64,000 nucleotides of DNA from Alphaproteobacteria bacterium (GTDB lineage Bacteria > Pseudomonadota > Alphaproteobacteria > RF32 > CAG-239), in contig JAZSQL010000055.1 in NCBI GenBank assembly GCA_045537965.1, forward strand, positions 5,031 to 69,030. Direction: 5' to 3'. The position numbers and the translations under genes were made by a program. The notes beneath the pieces were generated by a model, which saw nothing but the letters and a program-made list of their open reading frames with translations, was not told the origin of the DNA and made no database searches. Position 1 is the first letter of the stretch. The number at the start of each line of letters is the position of its first letter. Positions 49,324 to 60,000 of the stretch are shown piece by piece.

Positions 49324-49689
49324 CTATTGAATTTTACTTTTCACAGTAAGTCTTATTACTAGAGGTTTTGTCGATTCTCTACTAAGTTCCAACGTTTCAC
49401 CGTCTCTTTCAAATAACAAACGATTCTGCCCTTCATATTTTTTTATCCATCCCAACTGTGGTAATGTTTCAGAATAAAAGGCACATACCTCAGCAAAATC
49501 CAGACTTTGAGATGTTAAATACGTTTCAATCAAGCGAATTTCTTCGTTTCCAAAGCTCAAATTTCCATTTTTAATTTGTTCTAAATCTTCAAGTATAGGG
49601 ATATCCTCCAAACCCTCAACAAAAGCTGCTTTTGTTGTTAAAGAAAAAGACAATAGAGTTAAAAATAATAAATAGATAAACAGTTTCAT
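49324..49689 (-). CDS. hypothetical secreted protein
   Basis: 121 aa with a signal peptide. 4-nt overlap with mutM. No recognised family. Confidence 0.55.
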   Translation of the reverse strand: MKLFIYLLFLTLLSFSLTTKAAFVEGLEDIPILEDLEQIKNGNLSFGNEEIRLIETYLTSQSLDFAEVCAFYSETLPQLGWIKKYEGQNRLLFERDGETLELSRESTKPLVIRLTVKSKIQ

Positions 49690-50528
49690 TTTTGTAAGCC
49701 TTTACAGTAAAAGGTTGATCTGCCACCCATAACAGATTTCTGAATACCACCAGTTATTTTTACATCACAAATACAATCAGGACATTTTTGACCAGTTTTA
49801 TTATAAACGCAATGCAAATTTTGAAAATACCCCAGACTGCCATCAGGTTTTTTATAATCTTTTAAAGTAGAGCCACCTGCATCAATAGCTTTTAATAATA
49901 CCTTGCGAGTATTTTTGACCAATAATGCACAATCTCCTACCGATATATCGTTACAAAGTCTTGTTGGCAATATACGCGACTCATACAAAATTTCAGATGC
50001 ATAGATGTTGCCGATTCCAGAGATTATTGTTTGATCAAGCAATGCTATTTTTATAGGTGTTTTAACTTTTTTTTGTAGCTTATCGTAGAGGTATTGAGGT
50101 GTCAGCTCATCATCAAAAGGGTCTATTCCGACATTTCTAAGAAAGCTATTGTTATTGAGATTTTTTGTTTCACAAATAGTAAAAAGCCCAAATCTGCGAG
50201 GATCATTATACGTAATATAGCCAGCAGATGTTTCAATTATTATATGGTCGTGTTTGTCCTGATTCTCAGGAAAATGATCGCTAATTTTTATTTTTCCACT
50301 CATTCCCATATGCCATAAAAGACTATAATCGTTATCTAGCCTAATAACGATATATTTGGCAATACGTGTGTATTGGCAAATAGTTGTTTGTATAATTTTT
50401 TCAGGCAAGTCATTTGGTATAATTATTCGTAAACGAGGATTATTTATCTTAACACTCAGAATTTGAGCTAAGCCGATTCCTTTTTCTAACGCTCGTTTTA
50501 TTGTTTCAACCTCTGGTAATTCAGGCAT
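49686..50528 (-). CDS. mutM: formamidopyrimidine-DNA glycosylase
   Basis: MPELPEVET N-terminus, the H2TH region, and a C-terminal zinc finger CPDC...C. Confidence 0.93.
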   Translation of the reverse strand: MPELPEVETIKRALEKGIGLAQILSVKINNPRLRIIIPNDLPEKIIQTTICQYTRIAKYIVIRLDNDYSLLWHMGMSGKIKISDHFPENQDKHDHIIIETSAGYITYNDPRRFGLFTICETKNLNNNSFLRNVGIDPFDDELTPQYLYDKLQKKVKTPIKIALLDQTIISGIGNIYASEILYESRILPTRLCNDISVGDCALLVKNTRKVLLKAIDAGGSTLKDYKKPDGSLGYFQNLHCVYNKTGQKCPDCICDVKITGGIQKSVMGGRSTFYCKGLQK

Positions 50529-50658
50529 TGTCTTCCTTCAAAACTATTTTTATCTACAGACAGTATAGATATATTTTTATATCAATACAATAGCAAATAA
50601 AATCTTGCGCTAAATGTCAAAATAAGTTACCCTACAAAGAATAGTCGAAAAAAACAAA

Positions 50659-51195
50659 ATGATTAAAACAAGAAAAAAACAGAGCAAATATTTTGCTCCA
50701 CAGAATGAGAATAAACATCATATCTGTGATCATCCTGGTTGTAATAAAGCGGGAGAATATCGTGCACCCAAAGATCGTAATCTGAAAGAATATTATTGGT
50801 TTTGCCTTGAACATGTTCAAGAATATAATGCCAAATGGAATTACTATGGAGATGAATTGTTTTCTGAACCAGAAGAAGATAATATATATAAGCATTTTAA
50901 GTTTTCATCGCGAATTAAATATAATTTTGGTTTTGACTTTTCTAAAAACTACAATTTTTTTGATGATATTTCTCAGTCAAGAGTTCCTCGCATCTATCTA
51001 ACGGTAGAGGAGCATCAGGCGTTAAAAATAATGGAATTAGAATATGAAGAGCTGACAGTTGATAATTTAAAAAAAGCTTACAAAAAAGCCGTAAAAAAAT
51101 ACCATCCTGACATAAATTCATCAGATAAAACAGCTGAAGAAAAATTTAAAATACTCAGCACCGCCTATAAGTCTCTCATCAGTAAAATATCTTAA
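50659..51195 (+). CDS. J-domain protein with N-terminal Cys/His zinc-finger-like motif
   Basis: C-terminal J domain LKKAYKKAVKKYHPD. N-terminal CDHPGC...FCLEH. Confidence 0.75.
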   Translation: MIKTRKKQSKYFAPQNENKHHICDHPGCNKAGEYRAPKDRNLKEYYWFCLEHVQEYNAKWNYYGDELFSEPEEDNIYKHFKFSSRIKYNFGFDFSKNYNFFDDISQSRVPRIYLTVEEHQALKIMELEYEELTVDNLKKAYKKAVKKYHPDINSSDKTAEEKFKILSTAYKSLISKIS

Positions 51196-51992
51196 CGAGA
51201 TTTCGCTCGTTTAATTGCGCTTTTAATTTTTTGTTGCTCTTTTTCTCTTTGCGTTTCATCAGCTTTTTTAGCCTCTTTTCTGCCAGATTTTTCAAGTATC
51301 ATTTTAGCGGTCTTTTTTTCATCATTTGATCGACCTATTTCAATAAGCTCTTCAGCCTTCATATTTTCAATAGTAGATGCTCTAATGTTTTCGCTACTCA
51401 TGGTTGCTATCCGCATTTTACGTAAACCTTTAACCATATCAGTAGTTTCACGTGATGACAAATCAGAAGTTTTAATTTTGGTTTTAGCAGCAACATTTTC
51501 TAGTAAAACCTGATCCTTTGTTTGTGTATTTATAGAAATATCTTGAATATTATTAATTACAACTTTCTTTTTTAAACCTTTAAGACCAAGTTGCCTTGCG
51601 ACTTTATCAGCTTGTAAAATAGTTTCCATTTTACCAGCAGTTTGCTGCATTTTTTGATCTTCTTGGATTTTTTTTGCAGAAAATTGCTGTTTTTCATCAT
51701 CTTTTAAGGCATTAATCAGAGATGAATTATCATCATTAAAAGAAAAATGGTAAACAACTTCATCTTCATCATCTTCATCATCATAAGCATCACGAATTTT
51801 AGATTGCAACCTTTTTAGATTTGGCACAAGACTTGGTTTAGAGGGGTTTGTTTTAAAGTTATTACGCTCTTTTGCTTCAGATTTTATAGCTTTTTTTAAA
51901 TCAAACCTACGAGAAACTCTAGTATTTTTAGAAATTCCTTTATCTTGTTCCCATTCAATATTTGAAGAATTATCATCCTCAAGCATTTTCAT
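51192..51992 (-). CDS. hypothetical Lys/Asp/Glu-rich protein
   Basis: 266-aa ORF, 66 nt downstream of the PAS gene on the same strand. It is highly charged and low in complexity, with a DDEDDEDE run. Confidence 0.5.
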   Translation of the reverse strand: MKMLEDDNSSNIEWEQDKGISKNTRVSRRFDLKKAIKSEAKERNNFKTNPSKPSLVPNLKRLQSKIRDAYDDEDDEDEVVYHFSFNDDNSSLINALKDDEKQQFSAKKIQEDQKMQQTAGKMETILQADKVARQLGLKGLKKKVVINNIQDISINTQTKDQVLLENVAAKTKIKTSDLSSRETTDMVKGLRKMRIATMSSENIRASTIENMKAEELIEIGRSNDEKKTAKMILEKSGRKEAKKADETQREKEQQKIKSAIKRAKSR

Positions 51993-52058
51993 TCCTTAAA
52001 TATAAACCAAAATATACGACAATAGTGTCATATCTTTCTATTTATGTCAATTGAGAGG

Positions 52059-53741
52059 TTAATTAATTTTTTCATAAGTTATTAGTAAATTACCATCAGA
52101 CAAATGAGCAACACCAAGTTGTAATTGGACGTTATTGTTTAACTGTAAAATCATAGTTTTAGATGTTACATCTAAAATATTAGCCTTTATTGCTTTTTTT
52201 AAGCTATTCCAATCCTCATCTTTAGCAAAAAAATCCTTCTGACTATCAAGAACATCATCGAAAGAAGGCTCTTCAGATAAAAAAAGAGCATCAGCTTTCC
52301 ACAATTTAATATAGGCGTCATTAAAAAATACTAATCGTTCATTTGTTCCAAAAATAAGAACTCCTTCAAAAAGTCCTGTTAATATATCGTTTTGTACAGC
52401 TATTAAAGCATTATAGGCTGATGTTGCCGCCAAGCGATCAGAAATATCTTCAAAAGCGAATACTAGCCCACCCATAGGATAGGGAGCTCGCATTCTGCGT
52501 AATGTTTTCCCATCAGGAAGATGAAGTAAGTCACTAACAGGCTCAATAATCTGGGAAAATTTGAGTACTTCATCCTGACGAAAAACTTTATAATCAGGTA
52601 CTTCTGGTAGCATTCTTCTTTCTCTTAAAGTATCTAAAAATGTAGTATAAGATGGTTTTTTAGCTGTCCATTCCGCATCTAATTCCCAAAGTTTAGAAAA
52701 GGACTGATTATGATATTGTAAAACCATGTTCTGATTAAATACAACGAAAGCAGTTCCAAGCATTCCCAAAATTTCAAGTTGGGCATCTTGGTATCTTTTT
52801 AGATTTCTTTTTAATTCATCCAATTCGCTAATGTTAATTAGACATCCTGCACTAAAAGTCTTATCTAAACATCCTTCAACATAGAAAGGTACTTCAAAAG
52901 TTTCTACAGCAATGCGATTTCCTTTAATTGCAATATTTGCTACGGTCTTATTTTTTCTTTTGCTTCTGTGAACTTTCTCCGCCAAACTTCGAGATATACT
53001 TTCGCCATTTGTTCCAATAAGTTCAATTTTTTCAGCAACAACATCATCTTTTGTTTTATCAGAAATAATATCTGAATATTTTTTATTACAATAGACAATA
53101 TCTAGTTTTTCATTTCGTAACCAAACAGCAAAAGGAAGATTATCTAGCAAATCTTCTTGCAATCGAAATTTGGTCTCAAGTTTTAGTTTTTCATCTTCAA
53201 GGCTTTTTATTTTGTTTATTGCGAAACTAACGTCTCTAAACCAAATCATATCACAATAAATATTTCCATCAGCTCCGTTTATTCTTACACCTTCGAGTCT
53301 AATATATTTATTAGCTGTTTTTAATAAGAAATAATCTTCAAAGGCTACTCCTTCCTCCTTTAATAAGCCAACATATTTATTAATTTTTTTTGCATCATCT
53401 TTATAAAAATTTTGCAAAACATCATTAAAATCGGATTTTATTCCCTTTTCCAGACCTAATATAACAGCTAGTCTTCGAGAACAACGCTCTGTTATAGTTT
53501 TGCGAGGGTCATTAACTTTATCATCAGGGTAAATAAAAGCAAAATACCCATCATGAGAGGCATAAAGTGTTTCGGCATAACGTTCTCTATCTCGTTGCAA
53601 AAAATAATTCTTCTGTCTTATTTTTAAGAGATAAAATATTAGTGTAAAGGTAGAAAAAACGAGCATTGTAACAAATAAGCCAATACCATACCACAATTCA
53701 GGCATTGCATAATACATATCTTGTAACAAGTTTATATTCAT
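52059..53741 (-). CDS. membrane-anchored multi-PAS sensor protein lacking a visible transmitter domain
   Basis: N-terminal TM helix, then repeated PAS-like modules (for example FAVWLRNEKLDIVYCNKKY, FVVFNQNMVLQYHNQSF, VLIFGTNERLVFFNDAY). No H-box or HATPase motifs before the stop. Confidence 0.6.
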   Translation of the reverse strand: MNINLLQDMYYAMPELWYGIGLFVTMLVFSTFTLIFYLLKIRQKNYFLQRDRERYAETLYASHDGYFAFIYPDDKVNDPRKTITERCSRRLAVILGLEKGIKSDFNDVLQNFYKDDAKKINKYVGLLKEEGVAFEDYFLLKTANKYIRLEGVRINGADGNIYCDMIWFRDVSFAINKIKSLEDEKLKLETKFRLQEDLLDNLPFAVWLRNEKLDIVYCNKKYSDIISDKTKDDVVAEKIELIGTNGESISRSLAEKVHRSKRKNKTVANIAIKGNRIAVETFEVPFYVEGCLDKTFSAGCLINISELDELKRNLKRYQDAQLEILGMLGTAFVVFNQNMVLQYHNQSFSKLWELDAEWTAKKPSYTTFLDTLRERRMLPEVPDYKVFRQDEVLKFSQIIEPVSDLLHLPDGKTLRRMRAPYPMGGLVFAFEDISDRLAATSAYNALIAVQNDILTGLFEGVLIFGTNERLVFFNDAYIKLWKADALFLSEEPSFDDVLDSQKDFFAKDEDWNSLKKAIKANILDVTSKTMILQLNNNVQLQLGVAHLSDGNLLITYEKIN

Positions 53742-53836
53742 TTTATTTCAAGAGCTTTCAAAAAACAATTGTTTATTAAGCTAATTTATTATATAAAAAG
53801 CATTATTAAAACTTAAATTTTCAAACAAGTGGAAAA

Positions 53837-54505
53837 ATGTATAGTATTGCTTTTGATACAACGGGTGCTAGTTGCAGTATTGCGTTATTTAATAATAAAA
53901 ACGTAATATCGTCTTTTGAACAAATTATGGATTTTGGTCAGTCAGAAGTTTTAATTCCTCAAATTAAAAATTTATTAAATAAAAACAATCTTAAATTTAG
54001 CCAAGTAGACAATTTGTTTGTATGTGTTGGTCCTGGTTCATTCACAGGTGTGCGTTCAAGTATTTCAGCAGCTCGTGTTTTTGGTTTAACAAATGCAAAG
54101 CTAAAAATTTGTGGAGTTTCAGCATTTGATGCTTATATTAGATCTATTAGCGAACAAGAAGCAACAGAGATAAATGCTGTTATTATAGAAACGAGACGTG
54201 ATGATTTTTATGTTCAATTTTTTGATAAAAATTTTCAAAAAATTAAAGAAGCAGAAGCTCTTTCTCGTAATCAAATAATAGAACAATTAAAAATAAAAGG
54301 ATGTTTAGTTACCCTAGTTGGTAATGGGGTTGAGCGTTTCTTATCAACGCCTAGTGGGTTACCTCTTCATACAATAAAAATGTTCGATTCTCTACCTATA
54401 AAAAATTTGTATCAAGCAGGTATGAAAATATTAGAAAGCAAAAAAATATGCTATCCTAAACCAATATATCTCAGAGCACCTGATGTGACTTTACCTAAAT
54501 CTTAA
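53837..54505 (+). CDS. tsaB: tRNA t6A biosynthesis protein TsaB
   Basis: IAFDTTGASCSIAL N-terminus and GPGSFTGVR motif. Confidence 0.85.
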   Translation: MYSIAFDTTGASCSIALFNNKNVISSFEQIMDFGQSEVLIPQIKNLLNKNNLKFSQVDNLFVCVGPGSFTGVRSSISAARVFGLTNAKLKICGVSAFDAYIRSISEQEATEINAVIIETRRDDFYVQFFDKNFQKIKEAEALSRNQIIEQLKIKGCLVTLVGNGVERFLSTPSGLPLHTIKMFDSLPIKNLYQAGMKILESKKICYPKPIYLRAPDVTLPKS

Positions 54506-54507
54506 TT

Positions 54508-55998
54508 TTATCGTTTTGATAATATTTCGTATCCATTATCTCCATCTACGACATAGTTTGCAAAAGCAAAATCAGTTGAGCTTACGGAATGGATGCGATA
54601 TAAGGTATCGCCTCTTTCGACTCTATCACCAACTTTTTTAAGTAAGTCTATACCAGCACCTTGATACTGTGCTGCACCGGCTAAAACGCCAATTTTATTT
54701 ATTTGTTGATTGTTAATTGCATCAACCACGCCAGACTTGCTAGCAATAATGTCTCTAGTTAAATGACCGAGTTGGGCTTGTGGTGCTTTTCCTTGTGCAT
54801 ATATAATACGATTCATAACTTCCAAAGCTCTACCGGATATAAGTATTTCTTTAGCCACACTATATCCTTGTCCACCACGCAATTTAGGATCAAACTCTAA
54901 AATTCTACCTGCTAAAAATAACGACTTTTCCAATAAATCACGAGGAGCATCTTCTTTATTTCTTAGTATTTTCATAATATCACGAGCTTCTAACACAGAG
55001 CCAATACCGTTACCGATAGGTTCACTTCCATCAGTAATCACCGCATCTATTTCAATTGATAACGAATCTCCAATGTATTCTATCATCTTTCTTAAACGAA
55101 GAGCTTCATTCGTAGATTTTATTCTAGCAGAAACACCAACAGGTATATCAACAACAAGATGAGTAACTCCTGTAGCTAATTTTATTGCTAAAATCGAAGA
55201 TATAATATGCTCATATTTTATAATGCCTAATGATCTTTCGACCGAAGATATAATTTTACTGGCTTTAGTAATTGGTAGAGAGTTATAATTAACAATAGCT
55301 CCTCTGTTTTTTCTTACCAACTCTTTTAATTTTATATCGTCAAAATCGACATTTGCTAAAACAGAGAATGTGTCTGCGACACCTGAACAAGAAGTTAATG
55401 AGCGAGAAGCCGTTTTGGGTATAGGTAGACCATAAGCAGCAACAATTGCTGTTATTATAATATCTGTTTTATTTCCTGGAACACCACCTAAACAATGATG
55501 ATCAACTACTATCGATTCGTTATCCCATTTTAAAGTATTATCACCAATCAACGTTTCTGTCATAGATAGGACTTCTTGTGAGGTCATAAAAGATCCTGTT
55601 GCCACTAAAAAAGATGTTATATCCATGTTAGAATAGCGTTTGGCTTCAATATCTTTGATAATAGTAGAATACTCGTTATCAGATAAAATGTTTCCGCTCA
55701 TCTTTCGTCTAATTGATGCTATAGAGAGAGGGGAAGATGCCAAACTAATAGTTACGTTTGCGCCTTCAGGAAGATTAAGCTGTTCAAAAGCAGATTTATT
55801 TAATCCTAATTCATCAGGAGATACAATATTTTCATCTTCTACTAATTCTAAAAAAGCAAGAAGAGGTTCTGCACCACCATGAATTTCTAGCTTTGTGACA
55901 TCTTTTATGTTGTCAATTTTATATGCACTACAATCCTTATGCAGATAAACAATATTTTCATTAAAAGAATTTATTGCAACATATTTCAATGATAACAT
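54508..55998 (-). CDS. thymidine phosphorylase family protein (long ~500-aa type)
   Basis: Glycosyl-transferase family 3 core (HCLGGVPGNKT, SRSLTSCSGVADT), with an extra N-terminal domain and a C-terminal PYNP domain. Confidence 0.75.
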   Translation of the reverse strand: MLSLKYVAINSFNENIVYLHKDCSAYKIDNIKDVTKLEIHGGAEPLLAFLELVEDENIVSPDELGLNKSAFEQLNLPEGANVTISLASSPLSIASIRRKMSGNILSDNEYSTIIKDIEAKRYSNMDITSFLVATGSFMTSQEVLSMTETLIGDNTLKWDNESIVVDHHCLGGVPGNKTDIIITAIVAAYGLPIPKTASRSLTSCSGVADTFSVLANVDFDDIKLKELVRKNRGAIVNYNSLPITKASKIISSVERSLGIIKYEHIISSILAIKLATGVTHLVVDIPVGVSARIKSTNEALRLRKMIEYIGDSLSIEIDAVITDGSEPIGNGIGSVLEARDIMKILRNKEDAPRDLLEKSLFLAGRILEFDPKLRGGQGYSVAKEILISGRALEVMNRIIYAQGKAPQAQLGHLTRDIIASKSGVVDAINNQQINKIGVLAGAAQYQGAGIDLLKKVGDRVERGDTLYRIHSVSSTDFAFANYVVDGDNGYEILSKR

Positions 55999-56057
55999 AT
56001 CAAAACCCTTAAATGAAATAAACTATATTTAAAAGTATAGTTAAAAATTCTGAAAAG

Positions 56058-56909
56058 TTAAGATTTTTTATTCAGTAGTAATTTCAATATATTTACTAGC
56101 TTATTTCTCATACTCATTCTGTCAACAACAATATCAACCATACCATGCTCTTGTAAATATTCTGCACGCTGAAATCCCTCAGGTAAAGTTTCTCTTATAG
56201 TTTGTTCAATTACGCGAGCTCCTGCAAAACCTATAATACATCCCTTTTCTGCAATATGAACATCTCCTAACATCGCAAAAGAAGCTGATACACCCCCTGT
56301 TGTAGGATTGGTTATGACAGAAATATATGGTAAACCACGTTCCTTTAACATATTTATGGCAGCAGTAGTTCTTGCCATTTGTATTAAGGATAAAATACCT
56401 TCCTGCATTCTTGCGCCACCAGATGCAGAAATAATAACCAAAGGAGAAGATATTTTAATAGCAAATTCTGCTGCTTTTACAATTCCTTCACCGACAGCCA
56501 TACCCATTGAGCCACCCATAAATGAAAAATCAAGAGCTGCTATTACAGTTTTTATTGAACCGATTTCTCCACAAGCAACCACAATTGCATCATTATTTTT
56601 TGTTAAACGCCGATAAGAACGTAAACGATCACTATATTTTTTTGAATCTCTAAAAGATAGAGGATCATCTTGCAGTTTAGGAAGAGTAAGTAGTTTGTAT
56701 TTAGCCCCATCAAACAGCATATCTAATCGTGTTTTTGTAGGTAATCTAAGATGATGTCCGCAAAAAGAACAAACAAAGAAATCTTTTTCTAGTTCCTTAT
56801 TAAACAACATCTGACCACATTCAGGACATTTCGTCCACAAATTATCAGCAATTTCTTTAGATGTTGTTTTTTTTATTTTAGGTCTGACAAAATCAGCAAT
56901 CCAGTTCAT
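56058..56909 (-). CDS. accD: acetyl-CoA carboxylase carboxyltransferase beta subunit
   Basis: N-terminal zinc finger CPECGQ...CSFCGHH and the GGSMG and GGARMQEG motifs. Confidence 0.95.
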   Translation of the reverse strand: MNWIADFVRPKIKKTTSKEIADNLWTKCPECGQMLFNKELEKDFFVCSFCGHHLRLPTKTRLDMLFDGAKYKLLTLPKLQDDPLSFRDSKKYSDRLRSYRRLTKNNDAIVVACGEIGSIKTVIAALDFSFMGGSMGMAVGEGIVKAAEFAIKISSPLVIISASGGARMQEGILSLIQMARTTAAINMLKERGLPYISVITNPTTGGVSASFAMLGDVHIAEKGCIIGFAGARVIEQTIRETLPEGFQRAEYLQEHGMVDIVVDRMSMRNKLVNILKLLLNKKS

Positions 56910-56920
56910 TGAAAAGTCTC

Positions 56921-57319
56921 CTATATATCAGAAGCAGATTTCTTAAATCCAAAAGCCCTCTTTATTTTTTCTTTCCAATTTAGCGGAGCCTCAACATGTC
57001 GTGCTACTTTCAAGTTTTCAATATTGCTGTGTAATCCTTCCATTTCTTTTACAAGTTTTTCCTGTTCTTTAGATAACTTCTTATTTTCTTTTTTGTGATT
57101 TCTTAAAGAAGTTCGAACAGGGCTGTAAGATAACCATGTGAAAAACGATCCCATAAGATACCCAATAAAAACAAGAAAAACTATTGCAACACTCAAAGAT
57201 ACAGTTAATTCAAATCCTAGAGGCCATAAACTAAAGGTTACCATATCGTTATTCACAAAAGCAAAAACGAGCAAAATAAACAGTAATGGTAAACCCATAA
57301 TTAATTTAACAACCCCCAT
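56921..57319 (-). CDS. LapA-family (DUF1049) inner-membrane protein
   Basis: Two N-terminal TM helices plus a C-terminal coiled segment. Located next to ihfB, as is common in alphaproteobacteria. Confidence 0.55.
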   Translation of the reverse strand: MGVVKLIMGLPLLFILLVFAFVNNDMVTFSLWPLGFELTVSLSVAIVFLVFIGYLMGSFFTWLSYSPVRTSLRNHKKENKKLSKEQEKLVKEMEGLHSNIENLKVARHVEAPLNWKEKIKRAFGFKKSASDI

Positions 57320-57362
57320 TGAATCACTCCTTGTTTCTTCTACTGATACAGAACAAATGTCC

Positions 57363-57644
57363 TCATTTGTTATTTAAAGATTCAAATAATTGTTTTCCCG
57401 TTTTAAAGTGTGGAATTTTTCTTTCATCAACTTTTACCTGAGCTCCAGTTCTTGGATTTTTAGCCAAGCGAGGAGACCGTGTTCTTACAGAAAATGCACC
57501 AAAACCACGAAACTCTACTCTATCACCTTTTGCCAAAGATTCGGTAATTGTATCAAATACAACAGAAACAATACGCTCAACATCCTTAAGCATAAGATGC
57601 GGATTTTTAGCGGCAATTTTTTCAATCAACTCAGACTTTGTCAT
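57363..57644 (-). CDS. ihfB: integration host factor beta subunit
   Basis: [11 protein letters not shown]..., [18 protein letters not shown] and PHFKTGKQL of the HU/IHF fold. Confidence 0.9.
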   Translation of the reverse strand: MTKSELIEKIAAKNPHLMLKDVERIVSVVFDTITESLAKGDRVEFRGFGAFSVRTRSPRLAKNPRTGAQVKVDERKIPHFKTGKQLFESLNNK

Positions 57645-57748
57645 GTTTTTTCCTTCTCTACTATATATAATTAAATTACGTAATCTTATTTATCAATATA
57701 TCAATTTTATAAAAAGCCAAGATATAATTTATTTTTTATCCAAAATAT

Positions 57749-58879
57749 TTACTCGTTTGCAGCCATACAGGCCAATGAATGTTCTTCTTTTTCTCCAACT
57801 TCAATCGCTTCAATTTTTTCTACACGGCGATTTATTTTGGTTGATGATATTTTTATCGCTTCAATATCATCACTAGCTTGTTTAAAATGCTTGCCAAGAT
57901 TTTCGATTCTTTCATTAAGACGGCAAATATCATCTATTAGTAAACCAACTTCTCTCTGTATAACTCCAGCTTGTTCTCTCATATAGGCATCTTTAAGTAT
58001 AGCTCTTACGGTGTTGAGTGTTGCCATAAGAGTTGTTGGTGATACGATCCATACTTTCAACTTATAAGAAATCTCAACTACATCCGTAAAATTAGCGTGT
58101 AGTTCAGCATATATCGCCTCACTAGGCAAAAACATTAACGCAGATTCTGCTGTTTCTCCTGCTAAAATATATTTATCTGCAATATCTCTGATGTGTTTTA
58201 AAACTGATGCTCTAAAAAAACGTTCAGCATCTAATTTTTCTCTTTCGTTTTTTGTATTGCGTAAAGCATGATAACTCTCAAGAGGAAATTTTGCATCTAC
58301 AGCTATAGCACCAGGAGGGTTAGGAAGTTTTAATAGGCAGTCTACCTTTTTTCCATTGCTCAATAATGTTTGAAAGTTATACGCACTGGGTGGAAGGATA
58401 GATGTAACAAGGTCATTAAGTTGAATTTCACCAAAAGCCCCGCGAGACTGTTTGTTTGATAAAACTTCTTGTAAAGAAACAACCTTCTCAGATAATGAAG
58501 AAATTTTTTGCTGTGCAACATCAATTTTCGCAAGTCTTTCTCGTAAATCTGTTAGCGTCTGATTAGTTTTAGTTGAATTCTTTTGCAACCCTTCATCAAC
58601 GCTTTTAGTAACAGCTAATAGCTTATCATCTATAATTCTTAATATTGCCAATTTTTGCTCAGACAAAGCTGCAAAAAGGCGATTTTGTTCTTGTGTAGTT
58701 ATTTCGCCTAAAGAAGCAATTCTTCCAGACAATTCTCCTTGAGACTGCATTAATAAGTCCTTTATTGTTTCGTCTTTTCTTCTAAAAGCAACAAAAAAAG
58801 CCACACAAAATGTAAAAAGTAATGTGATTGTAAGTATAAGTCCAATATTTTCCAATAAAAAATTATTCAGATTTTGCAA
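57749..58879 (-). CDS. rmuC: DNA recombination protein RmuC
   Basis: N-terminal TM helix, a coiled coil, and the RmuC nuclease-like core ([24 protein letters not shown]). Confidence 0.88.
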   Translation of the reverse strand: MQNLNNFLLENIGLILTITLLFTFCVAFFVAFRRKDETIKDLLMQSQGELSGRIASLGEITTQEQNRLFAALSEQKLAILRIIDDKLLAVTKSVDEGLQKNSTKTNQTLTDLRERLAKIDVAQQKISSLSEKVVSLQEVLSNKQSRGAFGEIQLNDLVTSILPPSAYNFQTLLSNGKKVDCLLKLPNPPGAIAVDAKFPLESYHALRNTKNEREKLDAERFFRASVLKHIRDIADKYILAGETAESALMFLPSEAIYAELHANFTDVVEISYKLKVWIVSPTTLMATLNTVRAILKDAYMREQAGVIQREVGLLIDDICRLNERIENLGKHFKQASDDIEAIKISSTKINRRVEKIEAIEVGEKEEHSLACMAANE

Positions 58880-59837
58880 GATGACGCCCCATTTTTAAAA
58901 ATTTATCAGTTCTTTTTCTTTTAAGTTCCTCTCCTGTTTGCTGAGATAACTCTTTAAGGTGTCTAGCAATAACATCACCTACACGAGAAATTATTTCTTT
59001 ATGATGTCTTTGCGCACCACCTACAGGCTCTGCAACAATTTCATCTATAACGCCAAATTTGCGCAAATCTTGAGCTGTCAAACACAGAGCCTCTGTTGCT
59101 TCTTTAACTTTTTCTGCGGAACGCCATAATATCGAGGCACACCCTTCAGGTGATATAACGGAATAAACAGAATGTTCTAACATTATAATTCGGTTAGCGG
59201 TGGCAATAGCAATCGCTCCACCAGAACCTCCTTCTCCTATCACAACAGATATGAAAGGTACTTTCAGATTTAGACAGCGTTCAATACTTGAAGCAATGGC
59301 TTGAGCTTGTCCTCTTTCTTCTGCTTCAACACCAGGAAAGGCGCCAGATGTGTCAACAAAAGCTATTACAGGAAGTTTAAATTTATCAGCTAAATTCATT
59401 AATCTCTGTACTTTTCTATATCCCTCAGGTTTTGCCATGCCAAAATTATATTTAACTCTAGTTTCTAAATCATTACCTTTTTCTTGTCCAATAACTACGA
59501 CAGATTGTTCGTTAAAAAGACCTATTCCACCAACCATAGCTATGTCATCAGCAAAAGTTCTATCCCCACACAAAGGTTCAAAATCAGTTATCAAACCGTT
59601 GATATAGTCCAAACAGTGAGGGCGATTGGGATGACGCGCCACTTGTGTTTTTTGCCAGGGAGTCAATCTTGAATATAAATGCTTAAAAAGTCTATCAAGC
59701 TTTTGTTGTAATCGGCAAACTTCATTTTCAATATTAATACCTTCACCTGCTTCAAGTTGTCTGAGACGTTTTATTTTTTCTTCAACTTCTGCAATATTTT
59801 TTTCAAACTCAAGTGCACTAATTTCATTTGATTCCAT
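58863..59837 (-). CDS. accA: acetyl-CoA carboxylase carboxyltransferase alpha subunit
   Basis: LDFEKxI-like start ([11 protein letters not shown]), and the RHPNRP and DTSGAFPG motifs. The start is uncertain: ATG at 59837, 59849, or the track start 59873. It overlaps the rmuC start by 17 nt. Confidence 0.9.
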   Translation of the reverse strand: MESNEISALEFEKNIAEVEEKIKRLRQLEAGEGINIENEVCRLQQKLDRLFKHLYSRLTPWQKTQVARHPNRPHCLDYINGLITDFEPLCGDRTFADDIAMVGGIGLFNEQSVVVIGQEKGNDLETRVKYNFGMAKPEGYRKVQRLMNLADKFKLPVIAFVDTSGAFPGVEAEERGQAQAIASSIERCLNLKVPFISVVIGEGGSGGAIAIATANRIIMLEHSVYSVISPEGCASILWRSAEKVKEATEALCLTAQDLRKFGVIDEIVAEPVGGAQRHHKEIISRVGDVIARHLKELSQQTGEELKRKRTDKFLKMGRHLAKSE

Positions 59838-60000
59838 GAATTTTCTCATCAATAAATAAATTAAACATAACATTTTCTATATCATAGATTTTTGCAAAAA
59901 GCCAACCTATTTTTCTTTTTGTGTAAGAAGCAAGAAAGGTGTTTAAAAAAAGTAATATTTTGTTATTATAACACAAAATTATAATTCAAGGAGTTTTGCA

